A stretch of 64,000 bases of DNA, taken from contig CP000070.1 in NCBI GenBank assembly GCA_000002445.1, forward strand, positions 1,536,001 through 1,600,000. The letters are read 5' to 3'. The notes beneath the pieces are model-generated. The model saw only the letters and a list, made by a program, of their open reading frames with translations, had not been told where the DNA came from and did not search any database. The stretch comes from Trypanosoma brucei. Taxonomy: Eukaryota. The position numbers and the translations under genes are program-made. Shown one piece after another: positions 54,036 through 64,000 of the stretch (position 1 is the first letter of the stretch; every line of letters begins with the position of its first letter).

Positions 54036-54222
54036 TTAATGCTCTCATTTCTCCCTTTTTTGACTTATTGAACCTTTGAACAATACCACAGACTAACAGC
54101 AATAAACAAGCACGCAGTCACGTAAAGGAACCTAACATTTTAGGGAAACAAAAATTATCTGGCAGCACACTGGGCGAAACATCAGGAGGAATACAACTGA
54201 GCGTACTGTACAAAACATTGCC
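54036..54222 (+). promoter_or_regulatory. Conserved PAD 5-prime flank / 5-prime UTR block (copy 1); probably holds the trans-splice acceptor and 5-prime UTR
   Basis: About 187 nt is near-identical at 54036-54222, 56793-56979 and 63090-63277 (cttaatgct[c/t]tcatttctccc...cagcacactggg[c/t]gaaacatc[a/g]ggaggaatacaactgagcgtactgtacaaaacattgcc ATG). Sequence further upstream and downstream of each stop codon differs. Confidence 0.6.
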
Positions 54223-56013
54223 ATGAGCGCACCCGTCGACAACGTCGTGGTGGAGCGGCTCTCTACAGCCAACCAAAAACCCATCAACGAGCCCCGCCGC
54301 TTTGCGCTGTTGGTTCTTGGAACCTTCTGCTGTATATGCACATCCTTCATGTATGCTTTCAATCTTATATCTGGAGCAATGCAAGCGCGCTACAACCTCA
54401 CACAGCGAGATCTCTCCACCATCACTACTGTTGGTATCGCAGTTGGATATTTCTTGCTGCCCTACAGCTTCATCTTTGACTATCTGGGGCCGAAGCCTAT
54501 CTTCGTGATCGCAATGACAGTTTTCTGCCTGGGTGCGCTTCTGTTTGCCTTGACATTCCAAGAAGTGATTGAAGGATCTGTTGTGAGACTCAGTGTCTAC
54601 AATGGTTTTTTAACATTGGGATGTATGTTGTTTGACTTGGGTTCAGTGGTAACAGTACTCAGCGTGTTTCCATCCAACCGTGGTGCCGTGATGGCTATCG
54701 TGAAGACATTTACGGGTCTTGGTTCCGCAATCGTCGGCAGTATTCAGTTGGCCTTCTTCAGCAAGAGTGTTGCCAACTACTTTTTCTTCCTGATGTCGTT
54801 TTCACTGGTCGTTGGTACCCTCGCCGTCGTGTTCATGAATCTACCACCATTCCATTTGACGGGTTATCAGAAGACACACCTTGATGAAGAAGAGAAGGCA
54901 CAGAGGCTTGCGCGCAAGGGTGTGTACCTGAAGCAGAAGGCACCCATGTGGCGTTTCGTTCATGGTTTCGCCATTCTCGTAACCCTCATTGTGTTCCTCC
55001 CCCTGCAGGGAGCGCTCGTAGCGTATCTCAAACTCGGAAGCAACTTCAAGGTGGGGTTTGCTGTGACAGTTATTGTGTTGACGGTAATATTCCCTTTTAT
55101 GGCATACCCACTTACTACCTTCGACGGAAAACGCCCACATGACGATTCTGAGGGTGAAACGTGTTGTAGGAGAGAAGTGGCTGAGGAAGTTTCCGCGTCT
55201 GATGACACGGGTGTTGAGACTGATGTCGACTATATTGCTCCACAGTTCCAGGAAACATTTATCGAAGGATTGAAAACAGCACGGTTATGGTGCCTACTGT
55301 GGTCAATTTTCTGTTGCGTCGGTGTGCACTATGTTATCATCTACAATGCTCGTTTCATCTACACGGCACTTGCGGGTGAGGCCCCCGACGACGCGCTCAA
55401 TGCCCTCCTTACTGTTCTCAACGGTGTGGGTAGTGCTGTAGGACGACTTTGTATGAGTTACTTCGAAGTCTGGTCGCAGAAGCGCCGTGCTGAAGATCGC
55501 GTCCCCATCACCTTCTCTATGTTTGTTCCTTCGGTTTGTATCATCACCATGTTGACACTCTTCCTCACTCTCCCGAAGGCTGCATTACCTTTACCATACT
55601 TCATCGCGGCACTTTCAAATGGTTTCACAGCGGCGATTATTGCATTGGTAACGCGCACAATATTCGCCAAGGATCCTGCAAAGCATTACAACTTCTGCTT
55701 TCTTGGCTCCGTGCTTTCAGCCATCTTCCTTAATCGACTACTGTACGGTGAGTGGTACACGCAACAAGCCGATAAGTTGGGTCAGGATGTTTGCACCGAG
55801 CGTGTTTGTGTGGTGATGCCGCTTGCATTTATGTTAGGTCTCGCCTTCCCAGCATTTGCTACTAGCACCTACTTGCATCTGCAGTACCGCCGCCTTTGCA
55901 TGCTTGCGCTTGACGAGCGTCGTCGCATCCGGGAGGGCGAACGTGGACCAAAGGAACCTTCTTCCTGCCCAAAAGAACCGACGAGGGATGCCCGTGAGGC
56001 TGCTCCGCAATGA
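54223..56013 (+). CDS. PAD: PAD-family (Protein Associated with Differentiation) MFS-type carboxylate transporter, copy 1, 596 aa
   Basis: An ATG-initiated ORF encoding a polytopic membrane protein of 12 or more hydrophobic segments. It is 95 percent identical to the next copy. Tandem duplication next to ATG8 and MST matches the T. brucei chromosome 7 PAD array, so this could be PAD1 by position. That is from memory and not verified. Confidence 0.85.
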   Translation: MSAPVDNVVVERLSTANQKPINEPRRFALLVLGTFCCICTSFMYAFNLISGAMQARYNLTQRDLSTITTVGIAVGYFLLPYSFIFDYLGPKPIFVIAMTVFCLGALLFALTFQEVIEGSVVRLSVYNGFLTLGCMLFDLGSVVTVLSVFPSNRGAVMAIVKTFTGLGSAIVGSIQLAFFSKSVANYFFFLMSFSLVVGTLAVVFMNLPPFHLTGYQKTHLDEEEKAQRLARKGVYLKQKAPMWRFVHGFAILVTLIVFLPLQGALVAYLKLGSNFKVGFAVTVIVLTVIFPFMAYPLTTFDGKRPHDDSEGETCCRREVAEEVSASDDTGVETDVDYIAPQFQETFIEGLKTARLWCLLWSIFCCVGVHYVIIYNARFIYTALAGEAPDDALNALLTVLNGVGSAVGRLCMSYFEVWSQKRRAEDRVPITFSMFVPSVCIITMLTLFLTLPKAALPLPYFIAALSNGFTAAIIALVTRTIFAKDPAKHYNFCFLGSVLSAIFLNRLLYGEWYTQQADKLGQDVCTERVCVVMPLAFMLGLAFPAFATSTYLHLQYRRLCMLALDERRRIREGERGPKEPSSCPKEPTRDAREAAPQ

Positions 56014-56792
56014 AGCTTAGGGGAGCCAGTGGAGGGCGGCTTCCTGACGTTTATTCAACATTTTGTGTATTTATATAATGTTAGCGACGACAGGAGAAAG
56101 TAAAATGAACAGATATACTTTGATTCCTTTTTACTATACTTTTCCTTTTTTTTTGCTTCTTTGTCTATACATATCGCATACCATTAGTGAGTTCCTTTAT
56201 TATCGCCTCCGACAATGAAGACGGTGCGCCAACTCTGGTAAACGATAAATAAACGGTTTTAAAAAATCATCTTTACACATATTGTACGAGCAGTCCATGC
56301 ATTATTATTCTTTTTTTTTGAGTTTTCTCATCAGAAGAGATCGATACAACAACACCAGTCACTATATGAACACACCAACTTATATCGTTAAATTCTTCAC
56401 TTAGCTCTCGTTTATGATCGATAAAAGTTCGAATTCACCTCAAAAAATTTCCAGAATTAATATTATATTTTCTTTCCATTCTTTGCTATTTTCAGAGCGA
56501 TCTCCTTACTCTCACCCACTCTTCACCCGTGGAAACACCATGTAATCCTTTTCTTCTTGCGGTGGGAGAGAGGAGAGTGCAGACCAACACAGGCACCCCA
56601 ACACCGTTGATCCGTAGTGCTACCTATCTCGTCTTCATATCTTTACTGCTTGTTATAATTTTGTCTTTTTTACCTTTTTTTTTCGGCTGCGCTGTCACGG
56701 TTTTATAAATGTCCATTGCAAAATAGTTGCTCTCAAGACACACATCAATAGCATTATATCCGCCCAATACCTCTTCTTTCATTCTCCCAAAA

Positions 56793-56979
56793 CTTAATGC
56801 TTTCATTTCTCCCTTTTTGACTTATTGAACCTTTGAACAATACCACAGACTAACAGCAATAAACAAGCACGCAGTCACGTAAAGGAACCTAACATTTTAG
56901 GGAAACAAAAATTATCTGGCAGCACACTGGGCGAAACATCAGGAGGAATACAACTGAGCGTACTGTACAAAACATTGCC
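56793..56979 (+). promoter_or_regulatory. Conserved PAD 5-prime flank block (copy 2)
   Basis: The same block as at 54036-54222, with one T indel. Confidence 0.6.
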
Positions 56980-58797
56980 ATGAGCGCACCCGTCGACAAC
57001 GTCGTGGTGGAGCGGCTCTCTACAGCCAACCAAAAACCCATCAACGAGCCCCGCCGCTTTGCGCTCTTGGTTCTCGGAACCTTCTGCTGTATATGCACAT
57101 CCTTCATGTATGCTTTCAATCTTATATCTGGAGCAATGCAAGCGCGCTACAACCTCACACAGCGAGATCTCTCCACCATCACTACTGTTGGTATCGCAGT
57201 TGGATATTTCTTGCTGCCCTACAGCTTCATCTTTGACTATCTGGGGCCGAAGCCTATCTTCGTGATCGCAATGACAGTTTTCTGCCTGGGTGCGCTTCTG
57301 TTTGCCTTGACATTCCAAGAAGTGATTGAAGGATCTGTTGTGAGACTCAGTGTCTACAATGGTTTTTTAACATTGGGATGTATGTTGTTTGACTTGGGTT
57401 CAGTGGTAACAGTACTCAGCGTGTTTCCATCCAACCGTGGTGCCGTGATGGCTATCGTGAAGACATTTACGGGTCTTGGTGCCGCAATCGTCGGCAGTAT
57501 TCAGTTGGCCTTCTTCAGCAAGAGTGTTGCCAACTACTTTTTCTTCCTGATGTCGTTTTCACTGGTCGTTGGTACCCTCGCCGTCGTGTTCATGAATCTA
57601 CCACCATTCCATTTGACGGGTTATCAGAAGACACACCTTGATGAAGAAGAGAAGGCACAGAGGCTTGCGCGCAAGGGTGTGTACCTGAAGCAGAAGGCAC
57701 CCATGTGGCGTTTCATCTATGGTTTCGTCGTTCTTTTGATTCTTGTTGTCTTCCTCCCCTTGGAGGGAGCGCTCGTAGCGTATCTCAAACTCGGAAGCAA
57801 CTTCAAGGTGGGGTTTGCTGTGACAGTTATTGTGTTGACCGTAATATTCCCTTTTATGGCATTCCCACTTACTACCTTCGACGGAAAACGCCCACATGAC
57901 GATTCTGAGGGTGATGCCAAAGAACACGTTGAAGCGGATGATGAAGTTTCCGCGGCGGAAGATAAGGTAGTTGAGACTGATGTCGACTATATTGCTCCAC
58001 AGTTCCAGGAAACATTTATCGAAGGATTGAAAACAGCACGGTTATGGTGCCTACTGTGGTCAATTTTCTGTTGCGTCGGTGTGCACTATGTTATCATCTA
58101 CAATGCTCGTTTCATCTACACGGCACTTGCGGGTGAGGCCCCCGACGACGCGCTCAATGCCCTCCTTACTGTTCTCAACGGTGTGGGTAGTGCTGTAGGA
58201 CGACTTTGTATGGGCTACTTCGAAGTCTGGTCGCAGAAGCGCCGTGCTGAAGATCGCGTCCCCATCACCTTGTCTATGTTTGTTCCTTCGGTTTGTATCA
58301 TCACCATGTTGACACTCTTCCTCACTCTCCCGAAGGCTGCATTACCTTTACCATACTTCATCGCAGCGTTCTCAAATGGCTTTATGGCGGCTACGATGGC
58401 ACTCGTAACACGCACAATATTCGCCAAGGATCCTGCAAAGCATTACAACTTCTGCTTTCTTGGCTCCGTGCTTTCAGCCATCTTCCTTAATCGACTACTG
58501 TACGGTGAGTGGTACACGCAACAAGCCGATAAGTTGGATCAGGATGTTTGCACCGAGCGTGTTTGTGTGGTGATGCCGCTTGCATTTATGTTAGGTCTCG
58601 CCTTCCCAGCATTTGCTACTAGCACCTACTTGCATCTGCAGTACCGAAATCTTTGTTTGAAGGCCCTTGAGGAGCGACGGAGGATAAAGGAAGCTGAAGA
58701 TAACCAAACAAATGCTGAAAATGTTTGTGCTGAACCTACCTGCGACGATAACGCTGATGCTTGTCTGGAGGAGAAAGCTGCTGATTCAAGCAAGTAA
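56980..58797 (+). CDS. PAD: PAD-family MFS-type carboxylate transporter, copy 2, 605 aa
   Basis: It begins 2757 nt downstream of copy 1 and is in register with it, including the 5-prime flank. The first about 735 nt of the CDS are near-identical to copy 1. Two central clusters of substitutions fall in hydrophilic loops, and there is a 3-codon indel. The C-terminal tail is different (…YRNLCLKALEERRRIKEAEDNQTNAENV...). Confidence 0.85.
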   Translation: MSAPVDNVVVERLSTANQKPINEPRRFALLVLGTFCCICTSFMYAFNLISGAMQARYNLTQRDLSTITTVGIAVGYFLLPYSFIFDYLGPKPIFVIAMTVFCLGALLFALTFQEVIEGSVVRLSVYNGFLTLGCMLFDLGSVVTVLSVFPSNRGAVMAIVKTFTGLGAAIVGSIQLAFFSKSVANYFFFLMSFSLVVGTLAVVFMNLPPFHLTGYQKTHLDEEEKAQRLARKGVYLKQKAPMWRFIYGFVVLLILVVFLPLEGALVAYLKLGSNFKVGFAVTVIVLTVIFPFMAFPLTTFDGKRPHDDSEGDAKEHVEADDEVSAAEDKVVETDVDYIAPQFQETFIEGLKTARLWCLLWSIFCCVGVHYVIIYNARFIYTALAGEAPDDALNALLTVLNGVGSAVGRLCMGYFEVWSQKRRAEDRVPITLSMFVPSVCIITMLTLFLTLPKAALPLPYFIAAFSNGFMAATMALVTRTIFAKDPAKHYNFCFLGSVLSAIFLNRLLYGEWYTQQADKLDQDVCTERVCVVMPLAFMLGLAFPAFATSTYLHLQYRNLCLKALEERRRIKEAEDNQTNAENVCAEPTCDDNADACLEEKAADSSK

Positions 58798-61700
58798 CAT
58801 CTTTTTTTTCTTTTCACTAACTTATGTTTTTAGCGGCACGTTACAGTGTACTAATTATCGTTTTACCCTCTCTTTTTTATTTTTTAATTTGTTAAAAAAT
58901 TTTCCCTCAAAACGTCTTTTCTTTTTGTGAATTACTATTCCTTCCCTTTTTTTTTTGTTTTTGTGGGGAAGGGGGAGGAAATTGTGGTAATGTAAACTGG
59001 TATATGTGTTTAATAACTTAAATGCCTTATGATGTGCAATTTCATTAGTAGTTCCGCTGCTTTCCAGTACCGAATATATTTTATGTTACTTAGCCTTCGC
59101 TGCGATGTAACAAGTAGTGGGGTGGTTGATTACTTGGCATATATAATGCACAGCATCAGGGCAGAGGCCACAGTTGTTTAGTTACACATTTTCCTACCTT
59201 CCATAATGTTGTTTTTTTTAGATTGAGCGATTCTTCCCCTTAAACTAATAATGTTTTTTAATTACCTCCTTCTTCCATCTTTTTTTTATTTTTGAAGGTC
59301 AGATTCCTTTTTATTATTATTATTTCTTCTCCCCTTTTCTGTGACTGTCTTTCAACCGCTTAGCACGTTGTTAGCGGAAGGACAAACGAAAACCTTAAAG
59401 GTTTTTGTTAATTTTGTCTATTTACTCTGTTTTGTATCGATTTTCTTTTGAAACGCCACTGAAAATGTGGAGCACATTTACTTTTTTTCCGGCTGTTCAC
59501 ACATGTACACATGCTTGGCCTTTCAAATCCACGCAAACCTTTGAACGCCTCTTTTTTTTTAAGTTTCTTCTTAAGAGAACGTTTTTTTTGATTATTTTTC
59601 TTTTTTAGTTTGAATACTACAAAACTACTTGTTCCCAATGTATTGGTTAATTGCCGGTCGTGGGATTTTGGTCCTTAACACGTAGCGGATAGATGCGTCG
59701 CTCATGATTAACCTGTGCTTTACTGCTTAATTCCTTTAGTCATAGTGTAGGAAAATATACGAATAGGAAAATGCAAACCACATCATGAGAGCATGGCATT
59801 CATTGTTCAATGTCTGCGGTGATGATGAAAGGTGCAGAAGCCAACTTTCGTTGCTTCGTCGGGGAACCCGTGTGCAGCGAAGGTTCCTCTTAACCGTCGG
59901 GTGCTCGGCATTTGACAGGCAGTAGCTTTATACCGCGTTCATCCCATTAATTATTCTTTTGCTTTGTTGCCTCTACAACATGCTCGCTTGGGAATCAGCC
60001 GATGCTGATGTTATTGCACACGTTTATATTTGTGTTTACGTGTATGCTCACCTGTGTACAAGAGGAAGAAGCATGTGGGCCTATCCATCACTACCAGAGC
60101 GGAAACCTGTTGCACCTAAAAGGTGATAACCCATTGAAAAAATATTGCTATGTAGGTGAAAAACAAACGGCAAAGAAAAAAAGGAAGGGAAAGCTAAGCA
60201 AAGCATATCCCTCACCCAGACGTCTGAGATAAACGTGAAACTGGACGAAGTGAAATAACACACAAAAGAGTAATTGAACAAATGGTTTCTTCTTTGTCCC
60301 CAAATGCCACTCAGAGGGAAGATGGTACGACCCAACGCTACGAAGCACCAAAGCCCTATTTGTAAGGTAGCGAAGGGAGACGAGGAAAGGGGCTAACGCT
60401 GAGGCGGGAAATTTTAGCGGAGGCAGCGGGAGGAACGTTGGGATTTACAGGGCGCAAGTGACGTCATCATTCTCTGGCAAGTTTTTGTGGTAAAACAGCG
60501 AATGCTCCGGGTGGGAATGAAGTGCTTTTAGAGTGCCCTATACCTTTTTAACGTGCTTTTCTTTCTTTCTGACTTTCGTTTGCTTCGCGGCGGCAATGTA
60601 CGTGCTCACTTTGGTAGTATTTCCAATACCATTGGTAACACTATTTACTGGGGAAAAACGTTAAAACTCTGTATGCGATGTGTTGACGGCGATTAGTGGT
60701 GTTGGAGCGAGGAGGTCTCGTTTTCTCAATATTCCACGATGGGTGTGTGGGTGTGTCGCAAGGGCGGGAAAATTTCTCGTAGCAATTCCTACATATTTGT
60801 CGTGAGCAATTCACCAACGCAGCAAGATGAGGGAACCGCGCATTGGGGAAACAGGGGTTTACATTTCGCAGAAGCGCTTAATAGACATGCACAAATAACA
60901 CATGTTTGTTGGATGTTTGATCATGCACATGTAGTGGAGAAAGTAGACGCACACCCTTCCGCGCACCAAGCTAGGAGAGATCAAGGATTCCATCCTTAAA
61001 AGCGATGATGCTTGGTGTAAAGCATATTTCTTGATGTGACATAACTTTCGGGTGAACTACGTATTGGTTGGGGAGGGTTTCCCCTTGAATGCAAGGCGAA
61101 ATTTAGGTGGTTACAATTGAATGTATTTTTACTTTTTTTTTTCCAATGGCGTGCCTCCCAGCCAACGTTATTGGTGAACGCTCTTCAGATGTGAATACGT
61201 GAGCGCACCTACAGTGCGAGTTCTTTCACCCATCAGCACGGGTATGTTCCTACTCCGAGGTCAGTCCAGCTTGGCACCTCGGTGCATCGGGAGGCCCGCT
61301 GTGAGGTAGAGTCACCTCATTTTTTTTCCTTGTGTCAGTTAAAAAGCCGCTTCGCTGTATCAATGGTAAAGCTCTGTGACGACGACACTGCGGCAGGAGG
61401 TGAAGCTTGGGCTCAAAGTGTCCAATTTGTGTGTTGAGGTGCCCCATCAACCTGAAAATCTGTGCGCACGTTGGGTGCCACTCTGGTGATTTGGTGCGCG
61501 TGTCCCCAAGCGTAATCAGCGATCCACTTGGCGGTGCCACCCTCTCCTGCGATCAAACGGCTGCGTCTGGCGCCAATGCGGCTGACGTTGTGCCAACTCC
61601 CATGGTAAGAGGCCCTGGTAGGAAGGGTCTACCCGCCTTTGGATTTGGTGGTGAAACTGCGGTGCGTCCACTGTTTTATATTTTCCTCTGCAATCGTATC

Positions 61701-63089
61701 AGTGTTTAATGAGAAGTATGAAGGGGCTTTCTGTTTCGTTGCTTGCATCTTATTCACGCTCATCTTGTCTTTTTGCCGAACAAGTCGGTGTTTGAGGTAC
61801 CTCATCCTACTACGAACGGCCGGGTCCCTCTACGTTCGGAACTGAAGATACACGATATCCACTTTATGTCGCTCTCATCACCAACGTGATGGGTAATGCT
61901 GTGCGCGTTGAAGGGAGAATGCCTTCAAGTTAACATGAGGGTGTTGCCACCCTGCCTGCAATGATACACCCCTGGGCTCCTTCAACTCATCACCACAAAA
62001 AGGACTGCGAATTCATAACCCCGGAAGGTCTCCCTCAATATCTCTTGGACAATTCAGCACCTCTCCGTTTACATACTTCAGACGTGTCCCTCTGATGTTC
62101 GGCGATGTGATAAGTCATTCCTTGCAACTGCAAGACTTATTGCGTCTCTATGCGGGCATAGCTCCAGTTTATTAGGGAGGGGGAATCAGGTGCGAGTCCA
62201 GGTTCGTCACCTCGCTGTGAAGCACGTTGTAAATGCCACGATGCTCGGTTGTAGAAACCGCTGCGTAACTTTGCGCTCATGTGTCCTGCCGGGTCGCGTC
62301 ACGTGGCAGTGATTCTCAGCGTCAAAGGGGTCCCCGACGGTATTACAAGCTTGAACCGTGCTGTTTTCAGTTGCGCAACCATGGCCATCATATCAGTGAA
62401 CCGTAGCCTCCCCGAAGGAATCGTAGGGAAGCGACTGGGGGCGTGCGAGCACTCACCAACGACTAATGTTTAGTTTCCTTCCACCCAATTATGTGCCGCA
62501 CTGCGTAGAGGATGTCTTTGCGCCCTGTGGGGAAATCGGAGCCTTCTCAGCCGAGAGATAACTGAGTGCAGATGTAAACTACCACAGCCACTCAACAGCC
62601 ACTGCCAAGTGAAACGGTTTACGTCATACCGTTTTCACTGCATCCGTATTTTACTCGTCTTTGATGCCATCAGCATCAAACAACATCATAAATACAGTAG
62701 TGTGCCACAAACTCCGAGTTATGCTTACTCTAACCGTAGAAGCAGAAAGGGTATGACAACAAAGGAGTCATTAACCCCTCAAACCACGTAGAATACATAA
62801 CAGTCCCCCTCTCCACCCCTACGCCAGGAAAGCACATTTCACATAATGTCGGAGAGACTAATGTGACTACAATGCGCGCACAGCACCTTTATTACCAAAA
62901 AGAAATGGACAAGCGAAGCAAAAAAAAAAAAAGAGACATTTGATCAACGCGCAAAAAATGAGGGATTGAACCTTCCAAATGGAAAGCACCTCCCGTCTTT
63001 TTCATGAAAAACAGCAAGCAAGATGTATTCTCCCAGACAACAATAGAGCTATGATTAACTTCTCACCACCTAGTTTCGTTCTCCCAAAA

Positions 63090-63277
63090 CTTAATGCTCT
63101 CATTTCTCCCCTTTTCGACTTATTGAACCTTTGAACAATACCACAGACTAACAGCAATAAGCAAGCACGCAGTCACGTAAAGGAACCTAACATTTTAGGG
63201 AAACAAAAATTATCTGGCAGCACACTGGGTGAAACATCGGGAGGAATACAACTGAGCGTACTGTACAAAACATTGCC
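63090..63277 (+). promoter_or_regulatory. Conserved PAD 5-prime flank block (copy 3)
   Basis: The same block as at 54036-54222, with a few substitutions and a one-base indel. Confidence 0.6.
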
Positions 63278-64000
63278 ATGAGCGCACCCGTCGACAACGT
63301 CGTGGTGGAGCGGCTCTCTACAGCCAACCAAAAACCCATCAACGAGCCCCGCCGCTTTGCGCTGTTGGTTCTCGGAACATGTTGCTCAATCTGTACATCC
63401 TTCATGTATGCTTTCAATCTTATATCTGGAACAATGCAAGCACGCTACAGGTTTTCCGTAAAAGATATAATGAATGTCAATGCGGTAGGGCTTGCAGTTG
63501 GATATTTCATGCTGCCTTATGGTTTCATCTATGACTATCTGGGGCCGAGACCCATATTTATGCTCTCACTAACGGTGCTGTGTCTCGGTGCGTTGCTGTT
63601 TGCCTTGACATTACGAGGTGACATCGAAGGAACTGTTGTGAGACTCAGTGTCTACAATGGTCTCATGACATTGGGATGTATGTTGTTTGACTTAGGCGGT
63701 GTGGTGACAGTACTCAGCGTGTTTCCATCCAACCGTGGTGCCATTGTGGCTATCATGAAGAGCTTTGTGGGTCTTGGTGCTGCGATCCTAGGCAGTATTC
63801 AGTTGGCCTTCTTCAGTGACAGGCCAGATATATATTTCTTTTCTATCATGTCGTTTGCCCTAACGGTTGGTATCCTCGGCATTGTATTCATGCGTCTGCC
63901 ACCATTCCATTTGACGGGCTATCAGGAAAAGCACCTTGATGAAGAAGAGAAGGCACAGCTTCGCATGACCAAGACCGTGTACCTGAAGCAGAAGGCACCC
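63278..64000 (+). CDS. PAD: PAD-family transporter, copy 3, 5-prime partial; the ORF runs off the window end
   Basis: The same conserved 5-prime flank and the same first 30 codons occur as in copies 1 and 2 (MSAPVDNVVVERLSTANQKPINEPRRFAL). After that it diverges to about 75 percent amino-acid identity over the 241 codons in the window. There is no stop before position 64000. Confidence 0.8.
   Translation, partial: MSAPVDNVVVERLSTANQKPINEPRRFALLVLGTCCSICTSFMYAFNLISGTMQARYRFSVKDIMNVNAVGLAVGYFMLPYGFIYDYLGPRPIFMLSLTVLCLGALLFALTLRGDIEGTVVRLSVYNGLMTLGCMLFDLGGVVTVLSVFPSNRGAIVAIMKSFVGLGAAILGSIQLAFFSDRPDIYFFSIMSFALTVGILGIVFMRLPPFHLTGYQEKHLDEEEKAQLRMTKTVYLKQKAP

Noticed and set aside
54118-54561. 147-aa ORF on the minus strand (MECQGKQKRTQAENCHCDHEDRL...), repeated at 56875-57318 and partly at 63187-63417
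   Set aside because: It lies antisense to the conserved 5-prime end of each PAD gene. It recurs only because the underlying DNA is duplicated. It overlaps a far longer, clearly homologous sense ORF, so it is an antisense artefact.
60739-61709. Short ORFs (86-100 aa) at 60739-60999 plus, 61250-61540 minus and 61407-61709 plus in the complex ORF-free segment
   Set aside because: They show no recognisable homology or motif and overlap each other on opposite strands. I kept the segment only as a region-level finding (possible degenerate element), not as genes.
1-64000. Search for CRISPR arrays, prokaryotic operons, toxin-antitoxin or defence modules, integrons, and rRNA/tRNA genes
   Set aside because: The sequence is eukaryotic (kinetoplastid). 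I see no regularly spaced direct repeats with unique spacers, no Shine-Dalgarno-coupled overlapping genes and no recognisable tRNA cloverleaf or rRNA sequence. The gene content and the spliced-polycistron architecture exclude a bacterial island.

Overview
The window reads as nuclear DNA of a kinetoplastid parasite, most like Trypanosoma brucei. All 27 supportable protein-coding genes lie on the + strand and are intronless. They are separated by U-rich, poly-pyrimidine intergenic regions carrying (TA)n, (TG)n, (CA)n and (GTTT)n microsatellites and G/C homopolymers. This is the layout of a single polycistronic transcription unit with trans-splicing and polyadenylation signals, not of promoters or operons. 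I see nothing prokaryotic: no CRISPR array, no defence island, no rRNA or tRNA gene. The gene order is NDR kinase, then about 12 genes, then two tandem ATG8 genes, a mercaptopyruvate sulfurtransferase and a tandem array of MFS transporters. From memory, and unverified, this matches the T. brucei chromosome 7 region holding PK53, ATG8.1, ATG8.2 and the PAD (Proteins Associated with Differentiation) carboxylate-transporter array. The most striking sequence-level signals are clear gene-conversion signatures. The two ATG8 paralogues share about 250 nt of identical sequence but differ in their N-termini and C-terminal tails. The PAD copies are mosaic and share a conserved 5-prime flank. Other recognisable products are an ADO/PCO-family thiol dioxygenase, a COQ6-like flavin monooxygenase, a cis-prenyltransferase, NTF2, a tandem pair of secretory thioredoxin/PDI-like proteins, an FHA+BRCT protein and a multi-zinc-ribbon protein. 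The supplied ORF track uses GTG/TTG as well as ATG starts, so I moved CDS starts to the first plausible ATG downstream of a poly-pyrimidine tract. All starts are approximate, because spliced-leader sites cannot be mapped from sequence alone.
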